From: a virus
IMG/VR virus record: IMGVR_UViG_3300046804_000544
Location: 32,001-96,000 of that record
Strand: one strand, 5' to 3'
Length of the DNA: 64,000 bases
In this document: positions 62,601-64,000 of the stretch, piece by piece
How positions within the stretch are numbered: the first letter of the stretch is position 1
Layout of the letters: every line of letters begins with the position of its first letter
Notes under the pieces: model-generated
Databases searched by the model: none
Told to the model about the DNA's origin: nothing
The model's input: only the letters and a program-made list of their open reading frames with translations
Translations under genes and position numbers: made by a program

Positions 62601-64000
62601 TTGCAAGCTACTCCTCCGTTGGATATTAACGAAGGCGACACTATTATTTTTAGAAAGGCAACCAGCGACGGCAGCTACACTCCACTACCAAATGAGTATG
62701 ACACTCAATTAACAGGCGGAAATTTAGCGTATACAACTGCTACTGGATTTGCTGCCGATGATATTAATGTTGACGGAGACGGATTTGTAACACCTAATAC
62801 TAGCTATGCTCCCGAAGAAGTAGTTCCAGGACAATTGTTTGACACGGTAGCTATTAAAGTATTCCAACTACCAACTAGCGGTGCTGCAAGATTAATGTTT
62901 AAGAATTATGTTTGTGACGGAGTAAACACAAATTTTGCATTTGGACAAATTCCGCAGAGCAATACTGCTGTTCTAGTAAAATTAGATAATGTAATTTTAA
63001 AAGAATCTGTAGACTACACAGTTGATTGGCCAAACTTACAAATTGTAATGACAGTTGCTCCAGCTAACAAGAAAGTTATTAACATAATTACGTTTGGTAG
63101 CGCATCACCTTATCTATTAGATACAAATTATTTTGTATCAGATGGTAGCACAACGGAGTATATTACTAATGCTCCTTGGTTAGAAACACTTGGTAATATT
63201 GTATTAGTTGACGGTGCAGCAGTGCCGTATGATTTGTTTAAAACAGATGCTACATATGAAAAGCCTAGTTGTGCAGGTATAAGATTAGGATCTGCTCCAG
63301 CTGAAGGTTCTGTAATTACATATATGATTACCTCAGACGGTAATAGTACAGCCAGTGTGGTTAAATCACAATCTCTATTAACAGACGGCTCAACTAAAGT
63401 CTTTACATTGACAAATCCTCCAGGAGTTTCATTACCTAATGAAAATAATGTTTTAGTAAAAGTTGGCGGTACTATATTAGCTCCAGGTAGTAATTCAGAA
63501 TACTTTACACTAACAGATTTAAACTTAGAGTACAACTTGACTCTATATAAGAGCGAACCTTATAGCATAGATCCAGTTAATACTAAAGTTTATCTAGACG
63601 GCGTAGAACTTTCAATCGGCACTGATTTTGTATTTGATATCAGCGTACCTAGTGTTCAACTTAATGTTGATCTCTATAAAGACGGAGGCACATTAATTGT
63701 AACAAACTTTGCCGGATCTGCATACACTATAGCAAATAATCAAATTGTGTTTGCTAATGCCCCAGTTGATTACACAGTAACTCCAGTTGAAATAATTACT
63801 TTCTACAACCATAATGTTGAAGAAGTCGTAAGAACACGAGAAACAGTTTCTACTAGCGGATCATTAACTGTAGGCACTTATGACTATTTTAGATTTATGC
63901 ACCTAAGCGGCGGCGATTTAAAATTAAGCGGGCCAGTACGTGAAGATGATCAAATTTGGATTGTTAAAAACAGTTATTTGTTATCACACAGCATTGATTT
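50694..64000 (+). CDS. Giant virion/baseplate protein, partial (>4435 aa, runs off the right edge); occupies the gp7 position
   Basis: The ATG overlaps the gp6 stop (TAATG). The frame is open at every point translated, and no terminated ORF from this start appears in the track. It contains FG-GAP/propeller-like repeats (FGQKVAI, FGYSLSFSSDG, FGESIDLSTDG) and GGSGY...P...I.GG.G.GA.A.A.I..G.V..I.I.NPG.GY repeats of the T4-like wedge type. Confidence 0.8.
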   Translation, partial: MANQNQSESGLPLSNQSNRQTSDLLPRYYRTDANKKFLSATLDQLTKPGKVKKLTGYIGRAYAKSTVADDVFLQASTTERQNYQLEPAAVIQDYLGNVTFFKDYIDHMNHIEVFGGIVNNHARVNEQEFYSWDPHIDWDKFVNFEQYYWLPDGPPAVEVIGQTEEIESTFTVRTEDEGDTYAYIFTPDGLTRNPTLTLYKGQTYKFEINSPNNPFSIKTARVSGDLERYTDGVSASAIEEGVITFVVPRGSPDVLYYVSEEDANVGGTIQVADINENTFLDVDKDIIGKKTYKLKNGLSLSNGMKLYFTGKTNPSQYSTGYWYVEGVGKAIQLVNEKDLSIIGSYTEEVNQLFDDRPFDRDPFSTSTAYPANKDYIVINRASPDRNPWSRYNRWFHQDVIIQSAANNGSIADLDQTARANRPIIEFQAGLKLYNFGHKAKLDVDLIDNFTTDVFSTVEGSLGYNIDGIDLAQGMRVIFSADPDRFVKDKIFNVNFIEVIVPSRQFEFLAATGVDVTTDIITCNTPHGLNTGNQITYLNNGNASVQGLVHRKIYYAYIINDTQLKLYTDKLLTQQVDIFNIGTGVHSFEVFSGIRRQINLVEADDAVPLENETVIIKQGTTNQGSMYWYDGTDWKTGPAKTSVNNNPLFDLFDSNGNSFGDTSVYDGSSFSGNRIFSYKVGTGPNDSSLGFPLSYQNINNVGDIKFEFNLLNESFNYKEITQVLTKKTNVGYLKVIKDLTNFDYANGWVTSKVKNTQPVIRVFKESNLTNNFPIDVFDYKDKLSDLEVRVYINGVRQDKDTYSVIDSTVYKKVLLAKDVLLTDIVTLKCYTAQPANSVGYYEVPVSLQNNPGNKDLVNFTLGEVINHVDSIIDNLPAIQGEYPGYSNLRDLGFVTPYGVRFVQHSSPLNFALYHLGSKSENIFKAIDQSREDYNRFKKLFLNKAFDAAIYTEPRAFVDYILTEMLKDKPKTDSYYLSDMFAYSGAKVLSYTVLDATVKTYPLTAHFDLDTLSNKAVGIYLNGEQLLQGRDYTFGTENFFTITANLSEDDIIEVYEYESTDGSFCPPTPTKLGLFPLYEPEIFLDNTYLTPQTVIRGHDGSIVVGYNDYRDNLLLELEKRIFNNIKIKYNPDIFDIYDLIPAYEKTQTYTRAEYNQVLSQFYYQWINNASINNNISYEGDVDITFGYSYDQSYAINGENVPAYWRGIYLWMFGTDSPHTRPWECLGFSIKPLWWESVYGPAPYTSNNYILWDDIANGLIREPGKPVRTNLKFARSALTSGLPVDEDGKLISPLYSNFILGSYNPTTADNYVFGDVGPIETAWRRSSNYPFAIIQTALLLQPNKILGTCLDRSRIIKSKTNQLIYSDTGVRVRLEDLVLPSTASSNTRTFTSGLLNYVVDYLTSSLTSNLETYKSNLTNLTNKITSKLGGFTTKEKYRLLLDSKNPLSSGGVFVPEESYNLFLNTSSAIKRVSYSGIIVTLGTSGKYEVRGYDIDRPYFVTYSPIELGKYINIGGISESYLNWDTEKYYLSGKVTKYNGNYYRVKISHTSTDKFNTEYFVKLPSLPLMGGVDAYLPNKWNFSQPIVVPYGTTFSSRQDVVTFILGYGAYLKSQGFVFDDYNPEYKLIDNWETSTKEFLFWTTQNWAVNSAIALSPLSKKLIFTPTETSVVGNIRDDFYNYSIFRADGQKLNAEFTNTFREESTFTLSPKNTNHGIYGAVLYLLQKEHVLLLENRTLFNDVIYDQEPGFRQEKIKVLGYITSYWSGGLDSPGFIFDEAKITEWQPYQDYYLGETVQYKQFYYVANRFVNGSDSFQMTDSNRNVNWIKIDEKPKAKLLPNWDYKVEQFTDFYDLDTDNFDTEQQRLAQHLIGYQKRQYLENIINDDVSQYKFYQGMIIEKGTQNVLNKLFDVLSADGEESLEFYEEWAVRVGEYGGIEIYDEIEFKLDESLFKLNPQPFELTSTNSNINDFIIKQLPTDIYLKPLGYNNTPWSTDGVTEYLRTPGYVRYEDVKLNLDTLDEVLTKDVTAFKEGDYVWCAFEGRDWNVYRFTKTNFYVEDVEYNSGTLSIQCSSIPELVTDDIIGIVNSDTIQGFYKVSSVELNKIFIKTTIAKWQPPFADSSTILTFKFTKIRSLSIDDMNAVLPARLKHNELVWVDDNGSGLFTVYKNNPVYQPRSIKRFSLDTDNLNFGQKVAIAKNGNLAAVTSNTEVAIFGKDSTGLAWIQKQIITPDPTISSLTNLNFGKEICFSPDGNWMAISAPTASYVRSSWAGDYDGGHSYYAGDVVRLVSKYKNPVRNVYLSTHWKAKPTAVFRGSITGTTLTVTNILSGTIAIGQPISANNILPGTVITAGSGLSWTVSTNQVLTDAVFYSGLTGIDWSTINVFSQDWEMATMVDVDPIKPASTLLRQGYVELYNKNSQSGNYTLHSRFVSPFPTANELFGSKMVLSKSGDEYVLAISSLGYNNDQGRVYMFRYNSDFTSSASWHMDYDKNYVGTFDPTVKYSVGDIVFNSDTYELYQCLSEQDPAPFTQNPSAWQLVERSNILGYFPQEVVTGQINPYLVVKPTKDDLVESVFEGDQFGYSLSFSSDGSTLAISSPLADQYADNNFKGLYRETLAYSQNDIVYYNGIYYSYLLTFNGIPAGTFNLNNWTAVSNLRYLNSGKVFLYESTNAGYKLIDSLGVSDLDSEREIRFGESIDLSTDGSLLVVGSPAFDVNVIDSGAVFLFGRNNSSYNLVKEIYRNKQEENERVGTYVALMNDDETLVSFAANGDVYRYTTFDSYSEPFTGIDSTTAKYLLDPESTQTEQSTTFDNDTLKLVEVQVDTGRIDIFDKFGNSYVYGESLDTSDTNSTTDGYGTSIAVGNNNILVGVPYDSVNFVLNGRVDTFSKLPNTKSWSVLHEEVPRPNVYNIKKAYVYNKISNTLISYIDVVDPIQGKIPGPADQEIRYKTYFDPAVYAVGTEGLNVDEGMQWSASQVGLLWWDLTRAKFIDNQGGNTTYRSSTWNKLYETSSIDIYEWVESKLKPSERDALVGTPKGESLGITGLSRYGDSVYSVKKKYDTVAQKFKNTYYYWIKNPTVIPNVQGRILSAKTVASLIADPIAEGYACLILTGNNTFSLANFESLIESTNCNFNVEYWTIAPQYTQINSHSQWKILSENVETVIPVEIEKKWIHSLVGKDDDNRPVPDLAIPFKRRYGVEFRPRQSMFVNRIEALKQYIERVNSVISNILIADDYDLTDLLAYDPVPSAVTGKWDKEINTELELRFIGTALVQPAELTPTIVNGRITGVIINNSGYGYINAPYVKIVSNQGVDAVLRTEINNLGQVIGVSVINSGKGYLSDTTLVIRPYAVLVKSDSNVFDKWSIYHFNSATQIWERYQSQSYDVTLYWNYIDWYSAGYSQFTKIDFVVDNTYQLASLSANIGNVVKVNNIGTGGWILLEKYANNPSIDYTLSYSVIGRQHGTIEFSKQLYDFSNSIEGFDGSLYDSLYYDNVPDIELKIIIDTIRNKILVDELKVEYLKLFFASVRYALNEQTFVDWAFKTSFVKATHKVGYLKQKVNYNNDNLSNFEDYIKEVKPYRTQIREYISQYQSLDTAYSSVTDFDLPPKLNDDLSITPVSAVVDSGGIFSYDTEINQYPWKHWKDHVGFTIQDIVIVDGGSGYIDNPIVNIIGGYGTGATAKAYIANGKVNRIQIINPGTGYLKAPVISIDGSLGVGGIQARAVAIIESEVVRANKISIKFDRLAKTYIVSEIIETETFIGTGSRLQFALKFSPVLAINTHSVLVNGVDVLKEDYSLSTKKSTAKGFTSYSGLLTLTEAPAKNAVITIAYKKNFEHLSATDRINFYYNPDSGMYGKDLAQLMTGVDYGGVEVTGLGFAISGGWESLPWFSDTWDGFDVLFSDYIVSVSDSTYSYTLPYVPAVGEEINIYVNGQRIDDPYFNSYDGSTVKPNGRTIAPVGTVMQTIVGDGVTNTYVLPNLQATPPLDINEGDTIIFRKATSDGSYTPLPNEYDTQLTGGNLAYTTATGFAADDINVDGDGFVTPNTSYAPEEVVPGQLFDTVAIKVFQLPTSGAARLMFKNYVCDGVNTNFAFGQIPQSNTAVLVKLDNVILKESVDYTVDWPNLQIVMTVAPANKKVINIITFGSASPYLLDTNYFVSDGSTTEYITNAPWLETLGNIVLVDGAAVPYDLFKTDATYEKPSCAGIRLGSAPAEGSVITYMITSDGNSTASVVKSQSLLTDGSTKVFTLTNPPGVSLPNENNVLVKVGGTILAPGSNSEYFTLTDLNLEYNLTLYKSEPYSIDPVNTKVYLDGVELSIGTDFVFDISVPSVQLNVDLYKDGGTLIVTNFAGSAYTIANNQIVFANAPVDYTVTPVEIITFYNHNVEEVVRTRETVSTSGSLTVGTYDYFRFMHLSGGDLKLSGPVREDDQIWIVKNSYLLSHSID

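Noticed and set aside
1-64000. Alternative genetic code (stop-codon reassignment, known in some large phages)
   Set aside because: Standard code 11 gives full-length, tightly packed ORFs, including one over 13 kb, so there is no fragmentation to explain.

Overview
This window is a 64-kb segment of a large, AT-rich T4-like myophage genome, covering virion morphogenesis genes and a short replication/transcription block. No host genes, tRNAs, CRISPR arrays or IS elements were seen. From 1 to 24.8 kb (minus strand) lies an array of four giant, mutually paralogous fibre/appendage proteins (>1421, 1688, 2005 and 2055 aa) with swapped-in modules and small adaptor-like genes. From 24.9 to 34.4 kb (minus) is the head module: gp23-like major capsid, scaffold, gp21-like protease, an acidic core protein, a glycosyltransferase-like gene and the gp20-like portal, preceded by a tape-measure-like gene. 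At 34.4-35.5 kb (plus) a gp26-like chaperone ends on a canonical T TTT TTC slippery heptamer and is followed in the -1 frame by a start-less gp51-like ORF, suggesting a programmed frameshift. At 36.6-37.1 kb is a ~480-nt ORF-free, densely hairpinned region, a candidate large ncRNA or origin, directly behind a GIY-YIG endonuclease. From 37.1 to 41.4 kb (minus) are the denA-like, Hc1-like, gp46, gp47 and gp55 (late sigma) genes. From 41.5 kb to the end (plus) are baseplate genes (gp48/54-, gp53-, gp27-, gp5-, gp25- and gp6-like) and a >4400-codon ORF that runs off the right edge. T4-type late promoters (TAAATA core) precede most structural genes. All family assignments come from motif recognition by eye; no database searches were run.
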